Assembly (NCBI GenBank): GCA_030425715.1
Contig: JAUIAA010000001.1
Location: forward strand, 1 to 38,390
Source: Bacteroidia bacterium
Lineage (GTDB): Bacteria; Bacteroidota; Bacteroidia; Flavobacteriales; Flavobacteriaceae
Length of the DNA: 38,390 nucleotides
Direction of reading: 5' to 3'
Shown here: piece by piece, positions 1 to 9,260 of the stretch
Layout: each line of letters starts with the position of its first letter
Numbering within the stretch: position 1 is the stretch's first letter
The notes under the pieces: generated by a model
What the model was told of the DNA's origin: nothing
What the model saw: the letters and a program-made list of their open reading frames with translations, nothing else
The model's database searches: none
Program-made: the position numbers and the translations under genes

Positions 1-2
1 GT

Positions 3-126
3 AACAATGCCTATAATTTATTGCGGCTTAAAGCTAAAACTGAAAGTAACTGAATATTAAAAAGTAAAAGCAGTTGGGGAAAAATAGAGCTTTTTTATCC
101 ACAACAAAATCATAGCCTAAAACGTT
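3..126 (+). repeat. attC-like intergenic repeat, subfamily A copy 1 (Flavo-1-like element)
   Basis: AAC at 3-5 to GTT at 124-126; imperfect inverted arms CTATAATTTATTGCGG / CCACAACAAAATCATAG; highly similar to 706-830. Confidence 0.85.
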
Positions 127-152
127 GTGTAACATTATTTGAAATTTGATAA

Positions 153-677
153 ATGAGAAACTTTATTGCATTTTTAATGTTTTTTTTTGTAATTATTAGT
201 TGCTCTTCGAGTAAACAAATACTAACAAATTCAGATAAAATTGAGAACAAGAAAATCATCTTTATTTTTGAAAGGAATAATGATTTTATTCCACTAGAAA
301 AAAAAGGAGACCATATTGGAAACTCAAAAACACCGACTAACAGTAGGGTATTTGAGAAAACAATTATAGATATTGCAAATGAAACAAATTTGGATTTAAT
401 TTATCAAGAACAATACGTATTTCCATCCGATTCTGTTATTCCAATAATAGTTTCAATTGATAAAATTGAATGGGAATGGAGCACCTTTTCGGCAGTTATG
501 AACACATCTTTAATATATAAATCACCCTTAGATACAATAAAAATAACTGGTTCAAACAGAAATTATTTGTTTGGAACTAAAAAAAGAAACCTATATCAAT
601 CTATGAAAAATGGAAACTACTTATTTTTAACTTTTATGCAAAATAAGCAATCTAATTATTCAATATCAGAAGAATGA
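153..677 (+). CDS. Hypothetical lipoprotein (cassette 1 cargo)
   Basis: 174 aa; hydrophobic N-terminus with lipobox-like IISC; bounded by repeats. Confidence 0.75.
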   Translation: MRNFIAFLMFFFVIISCSSSKQILTNSDKIENKKIIFIFERNNDFIPLEKKGDHIGNSKTPTNSRVFEKTIIDIANETNLDLIYQEQYVFPSDSVIPIIVSIDKIEWEWSTFSAVMNTSLIYKSPLDTIKITGSNRNYLFGTKKRNLYQSMKNGNYLFLTFMQNKQSNYSISEE

Positions 678-705
678 AAAAATCAAAAAATATATAACGT
701 TACAC

Positions 706-830
706 AACAATGCCTATAATTTATTGTGGTTTTTGTAATAAATTTGAAGTAACTGAATATTAAAAAATAAGAGCAGTTGGGGAAAAATAGAGCTTTTTTA
801 TCCACAACAAAATCATAGCCTAAAAACGTT
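706..830 (+). repeat. attC-like intergenic repeat, subfamily A copy 2
   Basis: AAC 706-708 to GTT 828-830; arms 714-729 and 802-818; shares AACAATGCCTATAATTTATTG and GCAGTTGGGGAAAAATAGAGC...CCACAACAAAATCATAGCCTAAAA with copy 1. Confidence 0.88.
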
Positions 831-855
831 GGCGGTAATTAAGCAAAATGAAACA

Positions 856-1917
856 ATGAAACAACTACACCTTGCATTAATCACAATATTGGCGTTATCA
901 TTAAGTTCTTGTGTTCAGCATCAAGAGAAGGAATTGAAAGATTCTAAAGAAACCTTTGGTCCCAGAATTATTGCAATTAATTATGATAGTTTATATCATT
1001 TGGAAGAACCGCCAGCTTACGAGCCTTTTCCAATGTATGGAGCTTTTTTATTTGGAGTAGCAACCCAAAACGTACCAATGGTATATGACACAAAACTCTC
1101 TCTTCCTGAAAACATCAAAAAATCAACAGATGTTATTTATAAAGAAACTGATGGATTATCACTCGGTTTGGATATATACTCAAATAAAACTGATAAATCA
1201 TCGAACCCACTAATACTAATAATTCATGGTGGTTATTGGAAAGCAGGTGATAAAGGAGAGTTCTATACGCAGCGTGCTATAGAATTTGTTGAAATGGGTT
1301 ACACCGTTGCATCAATAAATTATCGGTTATCAACAAATCACAAATTTCCAGCCAACATCGAAGACTTAAGAGATGGCATTTTATTCTTAGTCGAACATGC
1401 AGAGGAGTATAATATAGATGCTAGTCAAATTATGACTTATGGCATATCTGCTGGTGGTCATCTAGCGGCTTTTATAGCACTAGCTGCTAACTCTGATAGA
1501 GAATATGTAAAGGGTTTAAATCCATCTTCATTTAAAGGCGCAATTTCATTGTATGGAATACATGATATGAGTTTGACTATTCAAAGAGAGCATCCCTTTA
1601 CTGAATTATATATTGGAACATCTTATGATTTAGACACTACCAATTATATTGATGCTTCAACAACCCAACATGTAGACCAAAATGACCCACCGATTTTATT
1701 AATACATGGTTCGCTTGATGGTTCTGTATCTGTAAAAAATTCTGATAATTTAGCACAAGTACTAGAATCAAAAAAAGTCCCCTATGTCTATGACAGAATT
1801 GAAGGATGGCCTCATGTGATGGATTTTTTCTCGCCAATTGGAGAAAGAACACTCTGGCAAATGCATGATTTTCTTCAAGAATATATGCCTTCCGAAGAAT
1901 TAAAAAATAAAAAATGA
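856..1917 (+). CDS. Alpha/beta-hydrolase (esterase/lipase, HSL/BD-FAE-like) lipoprotein (cassette 2 cargo)
   Basis: HGGYW oxyanion motif, GISAGG nucleophile elbow, HGSLD and C-terminal His; lipobox LSSC. Start moved to ATG 856 because TTG 829 lies inside the repeat. Confidence 0.88.
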   Translation: MKQLHLALITILALSLSSCVQHQEKELKDSKETFGPRIIAINYDSLYHLEEPPAYEPFPMYGAFLFGVATQNVPMVYDTKLSLPENIKKSTDVIYKETDGLSLGLDIYSNKTDKSSNPLILIIHGGYWKAGDKGEFYTQRAIEFVEMGYTVASINYRLSTNHKFPANIEDLRDGILFLVEHAEEYNIDASQIMTYGISAGGHLAAFIALAANSDREYVKGLNPSSFKGAISLYGIHDMSLTIQREHPFTELYIGTSYDLDTTNYIDASTTQHVDQNDPPILLIHGSLDGSVSVKNSDNLAQVLESKKVPYVYDRIEGWPHVMDFFSPIGERTLWQMHDFLQEYMPSEELKNKK

Positions 1918-1929
1918 ATAACTACCGCC

Positions 1930-2054
1930 AACAACGTGTATAATTCATTGCTGTTTATAGCCTACTTACGAAAGTCCTCGCGGACTTTCTATCTGTGATT
2001 TATTTGCTAACTTTAGTGCTTAAACCACGTAACGAAATCATACACAAACACGTT
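1930..2054 (+). repeat. attC-like intergenic repeat, subfamily B copy 1
   Basis: AAC 1930-1932 to GTT 2052-2054; arms TGTATAATTCATTGC / GTAACGAAATCATACA; internal perfect hairpin GAAAGTCC-tcgc-GGACTTTC at 1970-1989. Confidence 0.85.
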
Positions 2055-2091
2055 CTATGACAAAACATTTTAAAGCTTCTACCTTAAACGA

Positions 2092-2667
2092 ATGAAAGAA
2101 CTATTAACCTACGTAAATCAAATTAGTCCTATTAAGGAAGTTACATTTAAGGAATTGAAAAAACGCTTTAAACCTTTACAACTTAATAAAAACGATTTTT
2201 TTGTCAGAGAAAGTGAATATGCACAACAAATAGGATTCTTAAAAAAAGGAATAATTAGAGCATTTTTTGTAAATCAAGAAGGAAAAGAATATACCAAACA
2301 ATTTTTTGTAGGTTCTTCCATAATTGGTGCTTACAATTCTTTACTAACAAAACAACCAAACAAGATAGCACAACAAGCCCTAACTGATTGTGAAATTCTT
2401 GTTGCCGATTATAGAGAAATGGAAAATCTCTATACTAAATTTCACGATTTAGAAAGATTGGGTAGAAAAATTGCCGAATTTTATTTTTTAGAAAAAGAAC
2501 AAAAAGAAATAGAAATGGCTCTATTAGATGCTGACAAAAGATACTTAATTATGCGACAAAGATTTCCATCAATTGAAACTATGATTCCACAATATTACAT
2601 TGCTTCATATTTAGGCGTATCACCAACTCAATTAAGTCGAATTCGAAAAAAGTTGAAAAATTCCTAA
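2092..2667 (+). CDS. Crp/Fnr family transcriptional regulator
   Basis: cNMP-binding-like N-terminal domain; C-terminal HTH IPQYYIASYLGVSPTQLSRIR. Confidence 0.92.
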   Translation: MKELLTYVNQISPIKEVTFKELKKRFKPLQLNKNDFFVRESEYAQQIGFLKKGIIRAFFVNQEGKEYTKQFFVGSSIIGAYNSLLTKQPNKIAQQALTDCEILVADYREMENLYTKFHDLERLGRKIAEFYFLEKEQKEIEMALLDADKRYLIMRQRFPSIETMIPQYYIASYLGVSPTQLSRIRKKLKNS

Positions 2668-2673
2668 TTTTAA

Positions 2674-2685
2674 TTACATATGTAA
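2674..2685. promoter_or_regulatory. Candidate operator for the adjacent Crp/Fnr regulator
   Basis: Perfect 12-bp palindrome TTACATATGTAA between the regulator and the downstream genes. Confidence 0.45.
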
Positions 2686-2781
2686 ATGTAACAAAACAGA
2701 AAAGCATTTTCCTTTGCATTGAATATTATTTTAAACATCGCCTTTTTTAGAGGCTTGTTTAAATTTTAAAATAGTCATTGT

Positions 2782-3261
2782 ATGAACCGGATTTTATTTT
2801 TTTTATCAATCATAATTTTTTCCATTTTTTTAGGAAGTCAAATTACAGAAGGACTTTTATTAGTTCCATATTGGAAATCGTTATCTAAAACAGAATTTTA
2901 TGAATATTATTCTAAATTTGGTCCACTAATAGGCAGGTTTTATACCATTCTAACTATTATCGCTACATTGATTCCAATAAGTATTAGCGTTTATTGTTTT
3001 TTCAACAAACTTCGTGCTTTAAAATATTCAGCTGTATCATCTTTTTTTGCTTTTCTAATCATTACAATTTTTTATATCTATTTTAAAGGTACGAATCAAC
3101 AATTCTATGGAGCTTCTTTTGATGTAAATCAATTAAAATCTGTATTGAAAGGATGGGAGTTTATGCATTGGTTAAGAGTCCTTTTTGAAATAATTTCTTT
3201 AGTTTTTCTAATCATAACCCTTAATATTCTTGATAAAAAAAAGGAAACAATAGATACTTAA
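2782..3261 (+). CDS. DUF1772/anthrone-oxygenase-like membrane protein
   Basis: 159 aa, four hydrophobic helices, W..MHWLR motif. Confidence 0.7.
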   Translation: MNRILFFLSIIIFSIFLGSQITEGLLLVPYWKSLSKTEFYEYYSKFGPLIGRFYTILTIIATLIPISISVYCFFNKLRALKYSAVSSFFAFLIITIFYIYFKGTNQQFYGASFDVNQLKSVLKGWEFMHWLRVLFEIISLVFLIITLNILDKKKETIDT

Positions 3262-3289
3262 TTTAATACTCAAAAAACATCCAACAACT

Positions 3290-3709
3290 ATGAAACATTT
3301 TTATATGTTATTTTTATTGATTTTAGGTTTTACTACTCATGGGCAATCAATTATAGGGCAATGGGAAACCTTTGATGATGAAACCAAAGAGAAAAAAGCA
3401 GTTATTGAAATTTATGAAAGTAATAACCTTTTTTTTGCGAAAATAGTTAAAAGCTATGTTAGCGAAAAAAATGCTGTTTGTGAAACTTGTAATGGTACTA
3501 GGAAAGGAAAACCAATAATTGGCTTAATCATTATTGAAAATCTAAAAAAAGATGGAGACGAATTTAATGACGGAAATATTATTGACCCAGAAAATGGAAA
3601 AACTTACAAGTGTTATTTAGAATTAATGGATCATAGTAAATTGAAAGTACGGGGTTATCTTGGGCTTTCTCTTTTCGGAAGAACTCAATATTGGCTTAGA
3701 AGGGAATAA
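3290..3709 (+). CDS. DUF2147 domain exported protein
   Basis: Signal peptide, IIGQWET, C..C, G.IIDPENGKTY, LKVRGYLGLSLFGRTQYW. Confidence 0.9.
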   Translation: MKHFYMLFLLILGFTTHGQSIIGQWETFDDETKEKKAVIEIYESNNLFFAKIVKSYVSEKNAVCETCNGTRKGKPIIGLIIIENLKKDGDEFNDGNIIDPENGKTYKCYLELMDHSKLKVRGYLGLSLFGRTQYWLRRE

Positions 3710-3713
3710 TAAC

Positions 3714-3830
3714 GGCATTGAGTATCCTTGTATAATTAATTACTAATACTCACCTACTTACTAAAGTTCGTGATTTATTTGCTAACTTTAGTACTTAAAC
3801 CACGCAACGAATACATAGCCAAGACCCTTG
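3714..3830 (+). repeat. Degenerate attC-like repeat, subfamily B copy 2
   Basis: Shares TGTATAATT, CCTACTTAC and GTGATTTATTTGCTAACTTTAGT.CTTAAACCACG.AACGAA with 1930-2054; central hairpin deleted; AAC and GTT ends mutated. Confidence 0.75.
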
Positions 3831-3850
3831 ACAACAAACTGAAACAGAAT

Positions 3851-3952
3851 ATGGAAACAAAAAGAATAGTACCAAGTATCAGTTCAATAAAATTTGATGT
3901 GCCACATGTGTTATATCCCTACTTCTTTCTTAAAGAGTCTACAAAATGTTAA
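3851..3952 (+). pseudogene. Possible truncated cassette gene remnant (N-terminus reminiscent of VOC/glyoxalase proteins)
   Basis: ATG about 20 bp after the last repeat; METKRIVPSISS followed by an early stop. Confidence 0.3.
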
Positions 3953-4084
3953 GAATAGTTATAAGCTAATTTATAAGCCATATCTGGTTAATTCTAGGTA
4001 GGAACTTTCAGCCCTATATACGAGTCTAAAGCTTAGCCTTGGCACCAATTAAACAGAAAAATATGTATCTTTAAAGAAAAAATC

Positions 4085-4543
4085 ATGGCAATATTCAATT
4101 TAAAAATTAATGGTAAAGAAAAACCAGTAGATGTCGATCCTGCTACTCCTATTCTTTGGGTATTGAGAGATCACCTCAAAATGGTAGGAACCAAATATGG
4201 CTGCGGTATTGCACAATGTGGTGCCTGTACCATTCACCTTGATGGAGTTGCAATACGTTCTTGCACCCTACCCATTCAGGCCGTTGGCAACAAATCTATT
4301 ACTACTATTGAAGGATTATCAGAAAAAGGTGATCACCCAGTTCAACAAGCTTGGTTAGAGCACGATGTACCACAATGTGGGTACTGTCAGGCAGGTCAAA
4401 TGATGAGCGCAGCTTCGTTGTTAAATGAAAATCCAAATCCAAATGATAAAGATATTGATGCCGCTATGCAAGGAAATATTTGCCGTTGTGGTACCTATAT
4501 TAGAATTAAATCTGCTATCAAAACAGCGTCTAAATTAAGCTAA
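4085..4543 (+). CDS. iorA: (2Fe-2S)-binding subunit, isoquinoline 1-oxidoreductase alpha / CoxS family
   Basis: [24 protein letters not shown] and CRCGTY motifs. Confidence 0.93.
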   Translation: MAIFNLKINGKEKPVDVDPATPILWVLRDHLKMVGTKYGCGIAQCGACTIHLDGVAIRSCTLPIQAVGNKSITTIEGLSEKGDHPVQQAWLEHDVPQCGYCQAGQMMSAASLLNENPNPNDKDIDAAMQGNICRCGTYIRIKSAIKTASKLS

Positions 4544-4593
4544 TAGTATATGCATCTTTAAGATTACTTTTTTCTTTTTAAAAATTAAATACC

Positions 4594-6861
4594 ATGACTT
4601 TAATAAAAACAACATATAATCGGCGATCATTTTTAAAATCTTCAGCTATTGCAGGTGGAGGCTTATTGATCGGTTTTAATTGGTTTGCTTCTTGTGAGCC
4701 CATTAAAAAGGAAGAAATTCTCAATTTACCTGAAGAGTGGTTTGATATCAATTCTTACCTAAAAATTGGCAATAACGGTGTGGTAACCATCTATTCGCCC
4801 AACCCTGAATTTGGGCAAAATGTAAAAACTTCCATGCCAATGATAGTTGCCGAAGAATTAGATATTGATTGGAAAAATGTTATTGTAGAACAAGCTGCTT
4901 ACAGCCCTGAGCAATTTCCTGGGGCACCATTTGGGCAATTTTCTGGCGGTAGTAGAGGTATTATGATGAAATGGAAACCATTACGTACTGCAGGAGCATC
5001 CGCCAAACATATGCTAAAAAAAGCTGCCGCTAAATCTTGGCAAGTTCCTGTGGAAGAAATAACTACTGCTAAAGGTGTTTTACATCATAAAGTGAGTGGT
5101 AAATCAGCAGGCTATGGCGAGATGGCATCTGCTGCCGCTAAGCTATCTATACCCGAAGAGGTGAAACTAAAAGCACCTAAGGATTATAAAGTCATCGGTC
5201 ATTCAAAAAAAAATGTTGATGGTTTAAAAATTGTTACCGGAAAACCAATGTTTGGTGTGGATTATCAAATGGAAGGCATGTTCATTGCTATGCCTATACA
5301 CCCTCCAGCGTTTGGGATGACTTTGGAGTCTATTGACAATTCCGCAGAAATTGAAAGCATGCCAGGTATTAAAGCTGTATTTGCAGTACAAACCTATGTA
5401 GACAGTTATAAAAAAGCCTATTTTGACACAAATGCATTTCCAGAAATAATTGCCGTGGTAGGCAATTCTACATGGGAGGTTATGCAGGCAAAAAAAGAAA
5501 TTAAAGCCAAATGGAAACCCATAAAAAGTAGTACCATTACAGTGAACCAATTTGGTCGAGATGTTAAGGTGCATACCCCTGCTGGATTAGAAAATACCTC
5601 AAATCACAATCAGCAAATGAATACCTTAATGTCTAATAAAATGAAAGTGGTTCGCAAGGATGGTAATCCTGAAAAAGCTTTCAAGGAGGCGTCTAAAATT
5701 ATTGAAAGAAACTACTCTGCTCCTTATCTGGCACATAACTGTATGGAGCCCATGAACTTTTTTGCTGATGTAAAAGAAAACCAAGCTCATGTAGCAGGAC
5801 CACTTCAAGGACCAGGACTTATTACGCCTACTTTAGCCGCATCTTTAGGAATTCCTGAAGAAAATATCCGTACAGAAATGACCAGAATGGGCGGTGGTTT
5901 TGGTCGTAGAGCATATTCACATTACGTAGTAGAGGCTGCACTAATTTCTCAAAAAGTTAAGGCTCCTATAAAATTGATGTATAGCCGTGAAGACGATATG
6001 ACCAATGGGATTTATCGCCCTACTTATCAAGCAACATATCGAGCTGCTATAGATGAAAACAACAACTTAACAGCCATACATATAAAAGCTGGAGGTATAC
6101 CCGAAAGTCCTTTATTTGCAAATCGTTTTCCAGCAGGTTCTGTGGACCATTATTTGGCAGAAGAATTTGCCATAGATTCAAATATTACAACAGGCGCATT
6201 TCGTGCACCACGCTCTAATTTTATGGCTGGAGCAGAGCAATCTTTTTTAGATGAAATTGCTGAAACTTTAGGTAAAGACCCTATTAATTTTAGGTTAGAT
6301 TTATTAAAACGAGCAAAAGAAAACCCAGTTGGAGAAACCAATGAATATGATGCTGAACGCTATGCAGGTGTATTGAAATTAGTTAAAGAAAAATCTAGTT
6401 GGGGTAATAACGATGCCAACCTCCATAGAGGAGTCTCTGCATATTTTTGTCATAACTCTTATGCCGCACATGTTTTGGATTTGACTATAGTAGATGGTAA
6501 ACCTATTGTTCAAAAAGTTACCTGTGCTATTGACTGCGGTATAGTAATTAACCCAGATGCAGCAACCAATATGGCAGAAGGTGGAATAACCGACGGTATA
6601 GGTAATGCATTGTATGGTGAAATGACTTTTAAAGATGGTATACCTCAAAAAAACAACTTTCACCAATATAAAATGATTCGTATGGGTGACGCCCCAAAAG
6701 AAATTGAAGTACATTTTGTGCAAAATGAAATTGACCCAACCGGATTAGGTGAACCTCCTTTTCCTCCTATTTTTGGAGCTGTTGCCAATGCCATGTATAA
6801 AGCTACTGGCAAAAGAAAATACCATCAACCATTTTTAAAAAGTAATGATATACTTGGATAA
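4594..6861 (+). CDS. iorB: Molybdopterin-binding subunit, isoquinoline 1-oxidoreductase beta / xanthine dehydrogenase family
   Basis: Tat-like RRSFLK signal; AHNCMEP, MGGGFGRR, GAFRAP and GLGEPP motifs; directly follows iorA. Confidence 0.92.
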   Translation: MTLIKTTYNRRSFLKSSAIAGGGLLIGFNWFASCEPIKKEEILNLPEEWFDINSYLKIGNNGVVTIYSPNPEFGQNVKTSMPMIVAEELDIDWKNVIVEQAAYSPEQFPGAPFGQFSGGSRGIMMKWKPLRTAGASAKHMLKKAAAKSWQVPVEEITTAKGVLHHKVSGKSAGYGEMASAAAKLSIPEEVKLKAPKDYKVIGHSKKNVDGLKIVTGKPMFGVDYQMEGMFIAMPIHPPAFGMTLESIDNSAEIESMPGIKAVFAVQTYVDSYKKAYFDTNAFPEIIAVVGNSTWEVMQAKKEIKAKWKPIKSSTITVNQFGRDVKVHTPAGLENTSNHNQQMNTLMSNKMKVVRKDGNPEKAFKEASKIIERNYSAPYLAHNCMEPMNFFADVKENQAHVAGPLQGPGLITPTLAASLGIPEENIRTEMTRMGGGFGRRAYSHYVVEAALISQKVKAPIKLMYSREDDMTNGIYRPTYQATYRAAIDENNNLTAIHIKAGGIPESPLFANRFPAGSVDHYLAEEFAIDSNITTGAFRAPRSNFMAGAEQSFLDEIAETLGKDPINFRLDLLKRAKENPVGETNEYDAERYAGVLKLVKEKSSWGNNDANLHRGVSAYFCHNSYAAHVLDLTIVDGKPIVQKVTCAIDCGIVINPDAATNMAEGGITDGIGNALYGEMTFKDGIPQKNNFHQYKMIRMGDAPKEIEVHFVQNEIDPTGLGEPPFPPIFGAVANAMYKATGKRKYHQPFLKSNDILG

Positions 6862-6971
6862 AATAATTGATTGGTGTGTAATTCACTAAAATAAAATATA
6901 AAAATTCACTTGGAGTAAGTTTGTAGAAAAGAAGGGCTGTAAGTTATTGTAGTATATTAAATATTCGGTAA

Positions 6972-7463
6972 ATGAATAATACATTTTTAAAACAATTCAG
7001 CTATTTATTTTTAATAGGGTGCAGTTTTATACAGGTAGGAGCAAGTTTATTTGCAATAAGTGTAAATGTGTCAACATTGGTAAAAGCACCACCTGCATCA
7101 CTTGCCATGGTTCAAGGATCTTACGTATTCGATCCTAGTGTTTTTTGGGATAATTTTCCAAATTTCATGTTAGTAGTGGTCATCCTTACTCTTATTCTAA
7201 ATTGGAAAACACCACTTCGAAAATGGATAATTTGGGGAAGTGTAGTTTATCTTATTTCTGGCATAATCGCTGTATTTATTCTAGAACCTGTACAAACAGA
7301 ATTTTTATCTTCGGAATATGCGAATATTATAGATCCTGTATTAAAAGAACAAGGTATACTATGGCGTAATGTTAGTTTATGCTTTTTAGGAGTATCCATA
7401 CTTAGTGGACTTGTGTTTATACTTGGATATATAAAGGTTCAATTGATGAAAACCTCAAATTAA
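6972..7463 (+). CDS. Membrane protein, DUF1772-like
   Basis: Four hydrophobic segments; APPASL...FW pattern. Confidence 0.6.
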   Translation: MNNTFLKQFSYLFLIGCSFIQVGASLFAISVNVSTLVKAPPASLAMVQGSYVFDPSVFWDNFPNFMLVVVILTLILNWKTPLRKWIIWGSVVYLISGIIAVFILEPVQTEFLSSEYANIIDPVLKEQGILWRNVSLCFLGVSILSGLVFILGYIKVQLMKTSN

Positions 7464-7487
7464 TACACATGCCAATCTCGATAAGCG

Positions 7488-8417
7488 ATGAAAATTAAGA
7501 TTGATATCACTCAAAATATTATTCAACAGTTTCAAAAGCAAATGAGCTTTGAGGGTCAAGAAGTCAATCCCAAATATGGGGGTGGCCAAATGAAAATGGT
7601 AACATTTCCAGATGGTTTGGAGTTTTATTATTATACAACCCCTGGCTATACGGTTCCTATAGAAATGATTTCCAAAAACCCTCCTGATAGTGAATGGTAT
7701 CTCATCCATATAAATTTAGGGGGCGACCAACAAAACAAAAAAATTAAATCGGAGTCGATTACTTTTCACAACCATTCACCTGCGGGAGCTTTGACCTATT
7801 GCCCGGGTCTATCTATAACTACTCATTTTCCTGTTGGTCATAAAGGAGAGTTGGCGTCACTGCGGTTTCCAAAAGCACTATTGCTATCTTACTTTGAAAA
7901 AAATATATTAGATCAAGGTAAATCTATCATTTTTGAACATTTGGATTTTCAAACGGAGCAACAACTTAGAAAAGCTATCAACCATCAAGATAATAAACTA
8001 AAATGCCACGGTCTTGCATTGGAAGTACTAAGTACATTATTGCAAAAAATGGCACTTCATAATCCTATTTCTAAAAAGGTTTACTTACACGGTAATGATA
8101 CTAATATGCTTTTTAAAGCGGCTTCGGCGCTAAGAAATCCTTTGACCGAAAAACTTCCATCAGTAAATGAATTGGCCGAAATGGCGCATATGAGCCCTAC
8201 TAAATTTAAAACATCCTTTAGGTTATTATTTGGTAGTGCTCCAAAGCAGTATCACCACAAAATAAAAATGGAATATGCCCGAGATGCCTTATTAAATGGC
8301 GCAAAAACACCTACCGATCTGAGTTACGACTTAGGTTATTCACATCCATCTAATTTTACATCTGCCTATAAAACTTTTTTTAATCGACTCCCTTCTGAAG
8401 AGTTGGCAATAGCTTAA
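7488..8417 (+). CDS. AraC family transcriptional regulator
   Basis: C-terminal double HTH: ELAEMAHMSPTKFK...LGYSHPSNFTSAYK. Confidence 0.92.
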   Translation: MKIKIDITQNIIQQFQKQMSFEGQEVNPKYGGGQMKMVTFPDGLEFYYYTTPGYTVPIEMISKNPPDSEWYLIHINLGGDQQNKKIKSESITFHNHSPAGALTYCPGLSITTHFPVGHKGELASLRFPKALLLSYFEKNILDQGKSIIFEHLDFQTEQQLRKAINHQDNKLKCHGLALEVLSTLLQKMALHNPISKKVYLHGNDTNMLFKAASALRNPLTEKLPSVNELAEMAHMSPTKFKTSFRLLFGSAPKQYHHKIKMEYARDALLNGAKTPTDLSYDLGYSHPSNFTSAYKTFFNRLPSEELAIA

Positions 8418-8508
8418 TTTGTGTCTTCTAGCACTAACAGTCTGACGTTTATCACTAAAGTTATTGCAATATTCTTACTACTTTTAATTTATCTAAATCA
8501 ACTAAATC

Positions 8509-9204
8509 ATGGCATTTGAACAAAAACCTTATTCTGATATCGAATTAAAAACTGGTGGACTTTTTTTGGCAATAGGAGCATTAATTACTTTGGTTAGCAT
8601 CTTACTAGAAATCAATGCTGGCTGGGCATCGTTTTCAGTAGACATAGAAAGAACTGATTATGATGCGGGTCTATTCCTATTCAAAAACTGGCCTACCATG
8701 AAATCTATTTGGAGTTTTGCCTTATTTGGAAATGTTATTCTTGCCATCGCAGCTCTTTTATTGCAAAAAAATTCTAGAAAGATTGGAATTTTTCCCGAAA
8801 GTATATTTTGGCATATCTATTTTATTGGTAATTTGTTACTTATCCTATCCTTTGGGCTCTGCCTTGGAAGCTATTACCCAGCACTTGAAGTTTTAGAGCA
8901 ACAACCAGCAATGTTTAGTGCCGTTAGAGGAGCACCATTATATCTGTTTAATCTTGGTGCAGTAAGTGGGTTGGTCTTGCCAATAATCTTTTTTTACGAA
9001 GGGTTTAGCAAGCATGGAATTGTACCTCGAAAGTGGGCCATGGCCATGCTATTTTTAATTATTGTAGCTATTATAGTTATTATTGCCGGTTTGAGCTCCT
9101 CGGTGGTTGCCATGGTAATAATCTTTATACCCGTGCTTTTAGGGATATGCTATTGGAAAAACGCTTCAAAATATTATAAAAACCTTGTATTAGAGACTGA
9201 CTAA
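8509..9204 (+). CDS. Hypothetical multi-pass membrane protein
   Basis: 231 aa with about six hydrophobic segments. Confidence 0.7.
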   Translation: MAFEQKPYSDIELKTGGLFLAIGALITLVSILLEINAGWASFSVDIERTDYDAGLFLFKNWPTMKSIWSFALFGNVILAIAALLLQKNSRKIGIFPESIFWHIYFIGNLLLILSFGLCLGSYYPALEVLEQQPAMFSAVRGAPLYLFNLGAVSGLVLPIIFFYEGFSKHGIVPRKWAMAMLFLIIVAIIVIIAGLSSSVVAMVIIFIPVLLGICYWKNASKYYKNLVLETD

Positions 9205-9260
9205 TCAAATAATTATGTGGTTATACTTCAATTATTTTAACTAGCTATAATTTAAACAAT

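Noticed and set aside
829-855. TTG start of the 362-aa ORF
   Set aside because: It lies within the repeat end; ATG 856 gives a clean lipoprotein signal peptide.
1-3830. Repeats as a CRISPR array or as IS ends
   Set aside because: Repeats are ~125 bp and are separated by whole genes; no cas gene, transposase or target-site duplication is visible.
3770-3952. 60-aa ORF
   Set aside because: The first half is translated repeat sequence; only the part from 3851 might be a gene remnant.
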